Positions 28,101 through 36,054 are shown, counted from the first letter of the stretch. The stretch is DNA of 64,000 nucleotides from Nitrospirota bacterium (GCA_016180645.1 JACPAV010000010.1:1-64000); one strand, 5' to 3'. Notes: generated by a model not told the origin, from the sequence alone. Translations and numbers: made by a program.

Positions 28101-28732
28101 TGCGCGGAACGGAAGGGGCGGACGGCGTGGCCCTCAATGAAAATCCCACGGTGGTGGACGGCGTAACCATTTCCGGCGGATACGACTGCATGACCTGCAT
28201 GGCCCAGACCCTCGAAATTTCCGGCGGTGACTCCTCGGCCGGCGACAATCGCGTCACCACCACGGCGGGTACATCCACCACATTGCGCGCTCAACTCTAC
28301 AACACCGGAACGGCCGCCTTCACGATTGCCGCGGGGACCTGTCAGGGGCCTCCTTGCGTGGGCGTGGGTACGGCTTGCTGTACGGCGGGCACATGCCTCA
28401 CGTTCACCGATGGCACGGCCGCCGGCACGTTCTGTGCCCCGGCGAGCAATGCTCGCACGTGTGGAGCCGACGTCTTCGCGTGCGCGGGGGCCGACAACTG
28501 CGCCTTGGGCTGCGCCGTCGGCGCCGGGACGCAGGCGCGGGTGACCTTCGCGGCCACCGTCGTCCCTGCCGTGATCCTGACAACCGAGCCGCCCAGCCCC
28601 TACACGCCGACGATCGTCATGACCGGGAGCCTGAACGAGACCTGCGACCCGGACGACATCGATGTGGATCCGGCATCCACGGGCATCGGCGACAAAGTCA
28701 CCGAATCCGGCTGGATCGAAATCGAACGGTAG
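25115..28732 (+). CDS. Secreted Cys-rich protein with right-handed parallel beta-helix domain (1,205 aa)
   Basis: Signal peptide ending SAWA; beta-helix-type repeats (VRIQNIDI, GIFIDDADNNMIEG, VSIRNSIF); C-terminus VTESGWIEIER. Confidence 0.85.
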   Translation: MKSAEVLRSASFLALLFTVHCFLLARSAWAVCPDGAATTCYYVNDCCTRNDVYTYAADADMATGDDTLACASYESTATPARSIREIITSCPLAANTRIFVDTGFYLSRQYTVDCSVVDTANACELGGADPAGVAPFNDAGAAGNILIQVPNIAIIGVPFPGGTVVDGHGATGGGSAQTNVFYIDGPGGADSVRIQNIDIPHGQRGIFIDDADNNMIEGVLSRDHTGGPQTGIEEQLGSNNYFRNVVTANNGKRGLVLLGAATAVVENGTFYMDGSAGGDMNVLVGSQGGTDSSNVSIRNSIFFIETGNRRGLVVNDGSQAGFRSNFNNFIRDTASADCGRWRGTNATTLADWQACTDNNNCGDGATCTAATTECLDGGGGADSCDCESGSELLVATTHPVDSADRDFHMKGRFGHFDVGEPTWFNTADSDGDGIIDEGPFEIFTWGDEITYTVSPLDTGCNVATGACAARGIAPTGNSSNLEHEGNSDRPNAEGYAQNYGASRGSFTLPLTAAVVQGTLGDPDLIGGTPPTRTMGVGEPALIVTLTHTGGAANSDTFILGDMDPADVCTAPGTLAGPGSSYLQITDGVDTMVAYLSDMKIGVPTDWCIDPGEAATLYFQAYRPMPEGFYSGDYFATLVLRGWMYIKDHFSMAGINTLSFFRDFIQNKPRQMRGTIGGVNNFGAFVDGLVPFPDQAVTTTNKWTVRGGGVATADVARPIYVPGCFDATNAGANANNSAFTIRAVDGTADNIVLSVCENGTGAYSLSASVGGCDGASDSYVLIQDMNGGTYRTCSATAGVVTPCALATTCAAGSTAVTFNTGGDMGALCNGPATVELGLYDGAAVTVRTIPEPVYIVDSATANCRTSRIQYVQGTRDMIPGGAIQDTRAVGASFDPELSIRTVWNDRGTIQDDPANTFSGLTIMDAEAQSVTDASPRTVSSYCDPTGDSCDGGGANPLQVGESMYITFDDATNNGVDDAAPNIPAGMCNGTAELRLNVRGTEGADGVALNENPTVVDGVTISGGYDCMTCMAQTLEISGGDSSAGDNRVTTTAGTSTTLRAQLYNTGTAAFTIAAGTCQGPPCVGVGTACCTAGTCLTFTDGTAAGTFCAPASNARTCGADVFACAGADNCALGCAVGAGTQARVTFAATVVPAVILTTEPPSPYTPTIVMTGSLNETCDPDDIDVDPASTGIGDKVTESGWIEIER

Positions 28733-28824
28733 CGCCAAGCGCCGCGAATCGTGGCTCGCCATATGCGAAGGGGGCGCATCTCATCTTGAGATCCAGGCTG
28801 AAGCTGAGTTCTGATAGCCGGTAG

Positions 28825-28854
28825 TTGACACATGACTATACACGTGTCTATACT
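28825..28854 (+). promoter_or_regulatory. Sigma70-type promoter of TA operon with CTATAC direct repeats (putative operator)
   Basis: TTGACA(28825)-N18-TATACT(28849); ATG follows 6 nt later; CTATAC at 28836 and 28848. Confidence 0.7.
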
Positions 28855-28860
28855 TGTATC

Positions 28861-29163
28861 ATGCAAAAGGTAAACGCCCTTCAACTCAGGCAGTCTCTAG
28901 GCAAGATTTTGAGAAAGCTGGAGAAGACCGGCGAGCCCATCCTGGTCGAGAAGAATCGCGAGCCCAAGGCGGTGCTCGTGACGGTGAAGGATTTCAAAGA
29001 ACGCTATCTGGACTTGCCCAGGCCCTCGCTCGAAGAGCGAACTCGAATCGTGGAGCGAATTGATGAACTGGCCAAAAGGGTGGCCCCGGAAATCGAGCCG
29101 ACCATACCCGGCGTGAACGATATCGTGACGCTTATCCGGCAAATGCGGGGTCCCCTTCGCTGA
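28861..29163 (+). CDS. Phd/YefM-family antitoxin
   Basis: MQKVNALQLRQSLGKILRKLEKTGEPILVEKNREPKAVLV is a typical Phd fold N-terminus; lies upstream of a PIN gene. Confidence 0.85.
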   Translation: MQKVNALQLRQSLGKILRKLEKTGEPILVEKNREPKAVLVTVKDFKERYLDLPRPSLEERTRIVERIDELAKRVAPEIEPTIPGVNDIVTLIRQMRGPLR

Positions 29164-29576
29164 GAATCGTTCTGGATTCCTCGGTGGCTGTCGCTTGGTT
29201 CGTGAGGACCGGGGAGCCTTGGGTGGAACCGGCTCTGAAATGCAGGGAGCGGATACGATTGGGGACGGACACCGCCATCGTCCCGGAGCTCTTCTTCTTT
29301 GAGATGGTGGCCGTCTTGTGTCGCAAACTGAAAGCGCCGGAACCTGTCGCGGGCGCGCTTCGAGAATTGGATAGCTTCGTGCGGCTAAGATTCGCGCTGG
29401 ATACGGCCTTGGGCGATCTGGCCGTGGGGCTGTCCATCGCCCACGGGCTGAGCGGATATGATGCCGCCTATGTGGCTCTTGCAAGGCTGACTGAGAGTCT
29501 GTGGATCACGGCGGACCGGAAAGCGCATGAGCGTGTGGCGGCGCTAGGGCTGTCGCGGCTGGTCGGGCCGCCGTGA
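29160..29576 (+). CDS. VapC/PIN-domain toxin (probable CTG start)
   Basis: LRIVLDSSVAVAWF...PELFFFE...LSGYDAAYVALA...WITADRK; CTGA overlap with the antitoxin stop. Confidence 0.85.
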   Translation: MRIVLDSSVAVAWFVRTGEPWVEPALKCRERIRLGTDTAIVPELFFFEMVAVLCRKLKAPEPVAGALRELDSFVRLRFALDTALGDLAVGLSIAHGLSGYDAAYVALARLTESLWITADRKAHERVAALGLSRLVGPP

Positions 29577-29613
29577 TGAGGGAGCATCCAAAAGATGCTC
29601 CCCTACGAGTCAC

Positions 29614-30162
29614 TCAGTCCACCGTCGTGCGAATCCGGCGCTCGGCGAGGATTCGCCCTGAATTTCCAAGTCGCCGGCCCACCGAATCGATCGTGCGCTT
29701 GGTGCAGGATTCTGAATCTCCGCCATCCGCATCGACAAATTCGGTGTCGGTGACGCTGATGTAGGCCGTCCCGTTCGGAAGCTGCACTTGGCAAAGGGTC
29801 GGCTTGGCGGTAAGGGAGGACCCCGCGGCCTCGTGACAATCCGGAGTCTCGCCGGGTTGGCCCCAATCGCAGTCCGATTCGAGATTGTGCACGGCCCATG
29901 CCACCCCGGCCTCGGCGATGTAGAGCGCCTCCCCCGAATAGAGCTGCCTCAGGCTGGCCTCCTGCTCGGTCGTCGTGACGCGATAGAGCAGAAGCCCGAT
30001 CGCCGAAATGGCGATGAGGATGAAGAGGGTGGTGATGAGGTTGATGCCTCTGCTGCCAAGAGTTCCTGGTTCCTGGTTCCTGGTTCCTGGTTGCGGAGAG
30101 AGTGTCTCCTTCTTGTTCCTTCCAGGAACGAGGAACTTGCCACCAGGAACTTCTTGAATCAT
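29614..30162 (-). CDS. Minor pilin, PilX/MshP/GspK-like
   Basis: G/INLITTLFILIAISAIGL without Glu5, then EALYIAEAGVAWA; ATGA overlap with the upstream gene; repeat-derived leader. Confidence 0.8.
   Translation of the reverse strand: MIQEVPGGKFLVPGRNKKETLSPQPGTRNQEPGTLGSRGINLITTLFILIAISAIGLLLYRVTTTEQEASLRQLYSGEALYIAEAGVAWAVHNLESDCDWGQPGETPDCHEAAGSSLTAKPTLCQVQLPNGTAYISVTDTEFVDADGGDSESCTKRTIDSVGRRLGNSGRILAERRIRTTVD
30062..30152. repeat. 91-bp palindromic element, copy 1 (GTTCCTG arm / spacer / CAGGAAC arm)
   Basis: 88/91 identical to 30772-30862. Confidence 0.95.
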
Positions 30163-30869
30163 CGCTCCGCCAAATCCCTCGGAAAGACGCTCGTTCGGAG
30201 CGTGACGTTGCGCAGGGGGTCCGTGGTGCTCGTCCCGCGGCGAAGCTGGAGCTCGATCTGGACCCGCCAGATGAAACACATGTCGGCGGCGGCCAGCGCC
30301 CCGTCTGGAATCTGGGTCCCATTGTAGCGATAGTATTCGAATAGGTCCGAGTTGACCACGTTCCGGGCAAGGGCTTCCCACGAGGTGCAGGCGTCGCAGG
30401 CGACGGCGCCGACCGCCGCGGCGGTGCCCCGCTCGAGGGTCGTGCCGTTCTTGCGGTAACACACGCGGGGAGTGTCGGGGAGGTTTGAGCGGAACTCGAA
30501 CTGGTCGTCCTTTGCGCAGAGAACGTCGGTCTCGGGCGCGCTGGTGGCACAGCCCGCGGGAACGGGGAGGGTGTTGTCGGAGTCCGAAAGCATCCGGATA
30601 TCCCGCGTCATCTTCTCCAATGCCTCCATCCCCTCCTTCACCATGTCGCGCCGCTCGGCCTGCGCGAGCCCGCCGCGGATGCCTTGGGAAACGATCAGTC
30701 CGAGCACGCCGGAGAGGGCGATCGCGAGGACGATGACGAGCACGAGTTCCAGCAAGGTGAAACCGGAAAAGGTTCCTGGTTCCGGGTTCCTGGTTCCGGG
30801 TTGAGGAGAGAGTGTCTCCTTCTTGTTCCTTCCAGGAACGAGGAACTTGCCACCAGGAACTTTCTTCAC
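30159..30869 (-). CDS. Minor pilin, PilW/MshO/GspJ-like
   Basis: G/FTLLELVLVIVL...ALEKMTRDIR; GTG start in a GTGA overlap. Confidence 0.85.
   Translation of the reverse strand: MKKVPGGKFLVPGRNKKETLSPQPGTRNPEPGTFSGFTLLELVLVIVLAIALSGVLGLIVSQGIRGGLAQAERRDMVKEGMEALEKMTRDIRMLSDSDNTLPVPAGCATSAPETDVLCAKDDQFEFRSNLPDTPRVCYRKNGTTLERGTAAAVGAVACDACTSWEALARNVVNSDLFEYYRYNGTQIPDGALAAADMCFIWRVQIELQLRRGTSTTDPLRNVTLRTSVFPRDLAER
30772..30862. repeat. 91-bp palindromic element, copy 2
   Basis: Near-identical to 30062-30152; encodes the prepilin leader. Confidence 0.95.
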
Positions 30870-31621
30870 CGGTTGACCACCATCGTCGTCAGATCGATGT
30901 AGGCCTGGTCCTTGGTCGTCCCGCCCCACGAGATCCGGACCGAGATGTACTTGAGATCGGCGTTGCCGGTGCCGGGGAAAGTGGACGACGAGTAGGTGGT
31001 GCCGTCGGAGGCGGGATAGCAGGTGCCGAAACATTGCCCGCTGCATGTCCCGTATCCTTTTCCGGACGTGTAGCAGACGGTGACGCGCTCGCGGAAATCG
31101 GAATAGTAGGAAATCGTCGTGCACGTGTTGTCGGCGATCAGGCCGACCCGATCCGTCCCCCCTCCCCCAAGGGGTGGGCAGCCGTCGATTTCGCTGTCCA
31201 TGCCGTCGTAGTCATCGATATCGGTAAAGGGGAGGGACAGGGCGCCGCCGCCGTCGCGCGACTTGTTTGTTTCAGGACCGAGTCCCATCGCATCCGTCAC
31301 CGGACTCGTGCACGTGCAGTAGGTCCCGACGGCCGGGCAGGTGTCCGGCGGCGGACAGTCCACTTGCGCCGACGTTGCCGAGATGTAGTTGTCCCACTTG
31401 TGCGAGAGGATTTCCTCCATGAGGTCTTGGCCCAGGGCGTAGGCTCGATTGTAGCTCTCCACCTGAACGCTGAGTTTCTTGCTCTGCCATATCGGGCGGA
31501 GGGCGACCACGAGGCCGACGGTGAGGAGGACGATCACCACGACCAATTCGATTAGAGTGACCCCTGAAAAGGTTCCTGGTTCCTGGTTCCTGGTTTCGGG
31601 TCCCTGGGCTTTTGACGACAT
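30866..31621 (-). CDS. Minor pilin, PilV/MshD/GspI-like
   Basis: G/VTLIELVVVIVL; LGQDLMEEILS and FTDIDDYDG resemble MshD-type motifs. Confidence 0.85.
   Translation of the reverse strand: MSSKAQGPETRNQEPGTFSGVTLIELVVVIVLLTVGLVVALRPIWQSKKLSVQVESYNRAYALGQDLMEEILSHKWDNYISATSAQVDCPPPDTCPAVGTYCTCTSPVTDAMGLGPETNKSRDGGGALSLPFTDIDDYDGMDSEIDGCPPLGGGGTDRVGLIADNTCTTISYYSDFRERVTVCYTSGKGYGTCSGQCFGTCYPASDGTTYSSSTFPGTGNADLKYISVRISWGGTTKDQAYIDLTTMVVNR
31571..31607. repeat. (GGTTCCT)n heptamer array in prepilin leader
   Basis: ggttcct x3 plus degenerate units; reads RNQEPGT on the minus strand. Confidence 0.9.
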
Positions 31622-31680
31622 CTCGATGACATTGTAGCATGGTGTGTGCCATAGAAAACTTACTGGAGGGATCGGGGAGC

Positions 31681-32658
31681 ATGAAAGACATCGAAGAATC
31701 GGAAGTTTTCAAGCGGGCTCACACGCTCGTCCTTGAAGTGTACCGACTGACCGAGCGGTTCCCAAACCGGGAAATGTTCGGCATCTCCTCTCAACTGCGG
31801 AGGGCCGCCCTCTCCGTGACTTCCAATCTGGTTGAGGGATCACAACGGATGAACCAAGCGGAGTACCGCCACTTTGTGAGCCTCAGCAAGGGATCGGCCG
31901 CGGAGGCCCGATACCAAACGCGTGTGGCCTACGAACTTGGGTATCTTTTGGAAAAGGATTTCAGAGAACTGTCCGCTTCCTACGAAAGAGTCATCCGCAT
32001 GCTCAGGGGTCTCTACGCGTCGCTCGATGGAAAGCGGCCTTCCAGGAACCAGGAACCAGGGCCTCTCTTGCCCACTAGGAACCAGGAACTAGGAACTAGG
32101 AACTCCGGAGCGTTTACGCTCTTGGAAGTCATCGTCGCCCTCGTCCTCATGGCGGTGCTGGCGGGTATTGCCATCAGCCGGATGTCGGGGTCGAGCCGGG
32201 TGAAACTGGAGCAGGCGGCGCGAATGATGTCGCACGACCTGAACTTCGCGCGCGACTGGGCCATGACGCACGCGACATCCGTGCGGGTGATCTTCGACCG
32301 GTCGACGGAAATCTACGGCGCGTCGTACTGGAGCGTGGATGCCGGCGCGGGAGCCGGCGCCTGGGAATGGATCTCGTCCTACAGCCTCGGGAGCGCCTTG
32401 ACGGTGGATATGGACGAACAGTTCGAAGGGGTGGACATCGCGGACTTCTTCATCGACGGCGCTTCGGTTCCGACGGCCAATCCTCCGGACGGCGTGGGCT
32501 ACACCAGCTTTGCGCTCAGCAGCCTCGGAACGCCGCGGCATGCGTACAACGGGACGCCCCTGACGTCCATGAATCGAGTTACGCTTTCCTTTGGAAGCTA
32601 CACCGAGTACGTGTCGATCCAGCCGTACTCCGGCTACATCTACGTCTGCTCGCAATAG
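31681..32658 (+). CDS. Fusion: four-helix-bundle (IVP/Avd-like) domain + prepilin (FimU/MshC/GspH-like)
   Basis: SD GGGGAG before ATG 31681. FPNREMFGISSQLRRAALSVTSNLVEG...GSAAEARYQ...ELGYL matches four-helix-bundle motifs. The frame continues without a stop through a repeat linker into GA/FTLLEVIVALVLMAVLAGIA. Confidence 0.9.
   Translation: MKDIEESEVFKRAHTLVLEVYRLTERFPNREMFGISSQLRRAALSVTSNLVEGSQRMNQAEYRHFVSLSKGSAAEARYQTRVAYELGYLLEKDFRELSASYERVIRMLRGLYASLDGKRPSRNQEPGPLLPTRNQELGTRNSGAFTLLEVIVALVLMAVLAGIAISRMSGSSRVKLEQAARMMSHDLNFARDWAMTHATSVRVIFDRSTEIYGASYWSVDAGAGAGAWEWISSYSLGSALTVDMDEQFEGVDIADFFIDGASVPTANPPDGVGYTSFALSSLGTPRHAYNGTPLTSMNRVTLSFGSYTEYVSIQPYSGYIYVCSQ
32042..32103. repeat. (CCAGGAA/CTAGGAA)n heptamer arrays linking the four-helix bundle and pilin domains
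   Basis: Units start at 32042, 32049, 32056 and 32075, 32082, 32089, 32096. Confidence 0.9.
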
Positions 32659-32663
32659 AATCG

Positions 32664-32698
32664 TCGAACGTCGCGCGGCGAACGTCGAACGCCAAGAA
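32664..32698. repeat. Degenerate (TCGAACG)n heptamer array between the fusion gene and truD
   Basis: tcgaacg tcgcgcg gcgaacg tcgaacg ccaagaa. Confidence 0.7.
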
Positions 32699-32700
32699 CC

Positions 32701-33876
32701 ATGAAGATCAAAGTCAAGAGCGATGATTTCGTTGTCGAAGAAGTCCTGTCTGCGCATCCCTTGTCCGATCGGGGCGACCACGTTTGGTACAAGTTGAGAA
32801 AGAAGGGCCTGACCACGCCGGAAGCGGTGGGAATCCTGGCGCGGCGATGGAGTGTCCCGCCTTCGAAGTTCCACTACGCGGGACTCAAGGACAAGTATGC
32901 GATCACGACTCAGACCCTCTCGGTTGAAGGTCCTTCGGGCGATGGTCGGCGCGAGAAAGGTGACGACCTATCCGCCGAACCGCTGGGCCGGTCGGACCGT
33001 CCGGTCGGACCCGACCTGCTCGAATCGAATCGGTTCACGGTGGTGGTGCGGGATATCCCGCCTCTGGAGACTGAAAAGATCGCCGCGGCCTTCATGGAGG
33101 TCCTCAATTTCGGGTTTGTAAACTATTTCGGCGAGCAGCGGTTCGGATCGGCGCGCCACGGTCACGGCTTCCTCGCCCGTGAACTGCTGAAAGGGGAACC
33201 TGAAAAAGCCCTGAAACTGTACCTGGCGACGTGGGATCGAAAAGACCGCTCGCGTCTCAAAGCGTTCAAGAAGCATGTGAATGAGAACTGGGGGGACTGG
33301 TCGGCCTGCCTCAAATCCTCCCAGCGATCGACCGAACGAAGCATCATCCATTACTTGAAGGATCACCCACAAGACTTCATGGGCGCGGTAAATCGCATTC
33401 CACGATCACTCCTTTCGATCTTCCTTTCCGCCTATCAAAGCTATCTGTGGAATGAGACCGTGCGGCGCCATCTTTCGGAAGCCTTCGGGGGCGAGGTCCG
33501 CCTGTTCCCCTTCCGAAACGAGCATGTCCACTGGGCCTTCTATCGGATCATGCCGGACGCGGTTTTCGCGCGGCTGGAGGACCTCAACATTCCGCTGATC
33601 GACAAGCGGGTGGTGTACCCCGACGAGTTCATGGAGAAGACTATTTCCGCGCTTCTGGCGGAAGAGGGAGTGGAGCGGAGTCAGTTTGGGCTGAAAGGTA
33701 TTCGGAACGCTTTTTTCAAGTCATCTCCCCGGAAGATTGTGGTTGTCCCGGAAGATTTTGAGATCGACCCCACGGCGACGGACGAAGTCCATGCCGGGAA
33801 AAAGAAAGTCGTCCTACGCTTCTCGCTCCCTCCGGGCAGCTACGCGACAGTGCTTCTTAGACGGCTGGGGGCGTGA
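32701..33876 (+). CDS. truD: tRNA pseudouridine(13) synthase
   Basis: DFVVEE, YAGLKDKYAITTQ, NRFTVVVR, NYFGEQRFG, FSLPPGSYATVLLR. Confidence 0.95.
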   Translation: MKIKVKSDDFVVEEVLSAHPLSDRGDHVWYKLRKKGLTTPEAVGILARRWSVPPSKFHYAGLKDKYAITTQTLSVEGPSGDGRREKGDDLSAEPLGRSDRPVGPDLLESNRFTVVVRDIPPLETEKIAAAFMEVLNFGFVNYFGEQRFGSARHGHGFLARELLKGEPEKALKLYLATWDRKDRSRLKAFKKHVNENWGDWSACLKSSQRSTERSIIHYLKDHPQDFMGAVNRIPRSLLSIFLSAYQSYLWNETVRRHLSEAFGGEVRLFPFRNEHVHWAFYRIMPDAVFARLEDLNIPLIDKRVVYPDEFMEKTISALLAEEGVERSQFGLKGIRNAFFKSSPRKIVVVPEDFEIDPTATDEVHAGKKKVVLRFSLPPGSYATVLLRRLGA

Positions 33877-33970
33877 GGCGTGAAGGGTGATGAGTGATGT
33901 GAAAGACACGGTCGATGGATTTCCGCGGGGTTTCTCCTCACCTTTCACCCTTCACGTTTCACGACTCAGA
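33872..33970. repeat. Inverted pair of heptamer arrays (GTGA-type / TCAC-type) between convergent truD and lysA
   Basis: TGA at 33874, 33881, 33888, 33895; TCA at 33938, 33945, 33952, 33959, 33966. Confidence 0.85.
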
Positions 33971-35210
33971 GCAGCGCCTCAAACGTCTGCCTGGGTCGGA
34001 TGATCTCCACCCGGTCCTCCTCCACCATCACCTCGGCGGGCCTCAGCCGGCCGTTGTAGTTGGACGACATGGCATACCCGTAGGCGCCTGCCGAAAGGAC
34101 CGCCAGGAGGTCGTTCGCCTCCACTCGGGGCAACCGCCGGTCGCGCGCGATGAAATCGCCCGATTCGCAGACCGGACCCACCACGTCAACCTTTTCCGTT
34201 CCCCTGGCCTGCTTGCGTACGGGGAGGATCTCATGGTGGGCATCGTACAGCGTGGGGCGGATCAGATCGGTCATCGCGGCGTCCACAATCACGAACCGCT
34301 TGCCTTCGTTTTCCTTGCGGTAGAGAGCCCGCGTGAGGAGAACACCCGAGTTGCCCACAAGGCTCCTGCCCGGCTCGACAATCAACTTAAGGTCTTTACT
34401 TATAAGTCCCTGAAGTAGCGTCTGAATGTATAGAGCCGGGGAGGGGGGAGCCTCCTTCCGGTAGCGGATCCCGAGACCCCCGCCGGCGTCCACGTATTGA
34501 ATGCGGATGCCGCCCTTTCCGAGTTCATGGACGAGATCGAGCACACGGCGGAGGGCGTCCTGAACGGGGGCGAGGGTCACCATCTGCGACCCGATGTGGC
34601 AGGAGATTCCTACTACCTGGACATGGGGCATTCCTTGGGCCTTGCGATAGAGGGGAAGGGCCCGTTTCCACGGAACACCGAACTTGTGTTTCTTGAGCCC
34701 CGTGGCGATGTAGGGGTGCGTCTTGGGATCGACATTGGGATTGACGCGGAACGATATCGGCGCGCGGCGCCCGATGGCCGCGGCGGTTTGTTCGATCACG
34801 TCAAGTTCCGCCTCGGATTCCGCATTGATCATGAGAATGTCGTTCCGCAGGGCGAATTCGATCTCCGATCTCGTCTTGCCCGCCCCGGAAAAAACGAGCG
34901 GACATCGGGCGCCCCCGGCCTCGGTCTGGGCCGTCTTGAGCGCCAGGAAAAGCTCGCCGGCGGAAGTCACATCGAAACCGGCTCCCAGTTCGCGGAAGGT
35001 CCGGAGAATGGCCAGGTTCGAATTGGCCTTCACGGAGTAACACACGATCGCTCGATCCTTCGCATCCGCCTCCTTGAGGCCCTGGTAGCGGTCGATCAAC
35101 TCGCTCCGGCTGTACACGTAGAGAGGCGTGCCGAACCGCGCGGCCAAGACGGCCAGGGAGACGCCCTCGAGGTGTAGATCGGCCTTCCTGTAGGTGAGAT
35201 ACGGGGTCAC
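33966..35210 (-). CDS. lysA: Diaminopimelate decarboxylase
   Basis: YSVKANSN (PLP lysine), HIGSQ, GGGLG, EPGR, GPVCESGD, GAYGYAMSSNYN. Confidence 0.97.
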   Translation of the reverse strand: MTPYLTYRKADLHLEGVSLAVLAARFGTPLYVYSRSELIDRYQGLKEADAKDRAIVCYSVKANSNLAILRTFRELGAGFDVTSAGELFLALKTAQTEAGGARCPLVFSGAGKTRSEIEFALRNDILMINAESEAELDVIEQTAAAIGRRAPISFRVNPNVDPKTHPYIATGLKKHKFGVPWKRALPLYRKAQGMPHVQVVGISCHIGSQMVTLAPVQDALRRVLDLVHELGKGGIRIQYVDAGGGLGIRYRKEAPPSPALYIQTLLQGLISKDLKLIVEPGRSLVGNSGVLLTRALYRKENEGKRFVIVDAAMTDLIRPTLYDAHHEILPVRKQARGTEKVDVVGPVCESGDFIARDRRLPRVEANDLLAVLSAGAYGYAMSSNYNGRLRPAEVMVEEDRVEIIRPRQTFEALL

Positions 35211-35231
35211 GCCGTATCCCCTCCGACAACA

Positions 35232-35262
35232 TTTGAAATCTCAAATCTCAAATTTGAAATCC
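35232..35262. repeat. (TTTGAAA/TCTCAAA) heptamer array upstream of lysA
   Basis: tttgaaa tctcaaa tctcaaa tttgaaa. Confidence 0.85.
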
Positions 35263-35277
35263 CGGAGGGTGGTGGGA

Positions 35278-35892
35278 TCACTTCATCCCCTCTTCCGCGG
35301 GCGGTAACACGAAGCTGACTTCGTTGGAATCATCGCTGAGACGGCCCGACTCGTTGGCGGATACCACCACATAGAACGCCTTGTTTCGCGCCTTTTCCAA
35401 TTCCGAGGGCTTCTTCTTGAAGATTCGGCTCCCGGCGGCCGCTTCCGCGGCCTCCTTCCGAGCGGCCTCCTCGGCTTCCCGGATCTTGGCCACTTCTTCC
35501 GCCAAGGTGCGCGCTTCATCGGTGGGGATGTCGGCCCGGGTTGGGCGGCGTTCGCGGTAGCGGACGCGCTTGACCGTTTCACGTTCGGTTCTCTCGTCGA
35601 ACTTGACTTCCCCCACCGCATGATACGGCGCAAACTCGATCTTCCGAAGCACCTTGAACCCGGCCAGATCTTTCAAGGTCCAGCCGTTGGCGTTGCGCCG
35701 GGGAATACTCCAAGTCAGGACGATGTCTTCGCCTTCCTCGAACAGGGTCAGGTCGATGATCCTCTGGGGAACCACGTCCTCCGGTGCGTAGGGTTTCTCC
35801 TTCCTTCCGCAGGCGGCCACCCAGGCTCCGCAGACCAACATCGCAGCCACGGAGATTCCACGTTTCATGGACGGAGCGTTCGTTCGCGTCAT
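35278..35892 (-). CDS. Lipoprotein (LppL/YifL-like N-terminus, FN3-like body); start may be 35868
   Basis: Lipobox VAA/CGRKEKPYAP; position upstream of lysA is typical for this family. Confidence 0.7.
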   Translation of the reverse strand: MTRTNAPSMKRGISVAAMLVCGAWVAACGRKEKPYAPEDVVPQRIIDLTLFEEGEDIVLTWSIPRRNANGWTLKDLAGFKVLRKIEFAPYHAVGEVKFDERTERETVKRVRYRERRPTRADIPTDEARTLAEEVAKIREAEEAARKEAAEAAAGSRIFKKKPSELEKARNKAFYVVVSANESGRLSDDSNEVSFVLPPAEEGMK

Positions 35893-36054
35893 CGGCGCTT
35901 TGTCATAAGGTCCGGGCGGGGTAATGTCAACCCCGAGTGAGAATCTTGGCGTCTTCTTGACCGATCGCGCCGGCGATGTCCAAGCTGCCATTCACGAGTG
36001 GATACACCTTATGGTATTGACCTTGCCATGCATACCAAAGATTGGGCTTTTGTG

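Noticed and set aside
2-28732. Multiheme cytochrome or metal-binding role for the Cys-rich giant proteins
   Set aside because: No repeated CxxCH motifs seen; Cys occur as short paired loops typical of disulfides in secreted proteins.
30062-30862. CRISPR array
   Set aside because: Only two 91-bp copies 710 bp apart around a gene; no regular repeat-spacer structure and no cas genes.
31681-32030. Diversity-generating retroelement (Avd-like gene)
   Set aside because: No reverse transcriptase in the window, and the 91-bp and 62-bp repeat pairs do not differ only at adenines as a TR/VR pair would.
31600-32100. 23S rRNA intervening sequence
   Set aside because: The flanks are pilin genes; no rRNA sequence is recognisable in the window.
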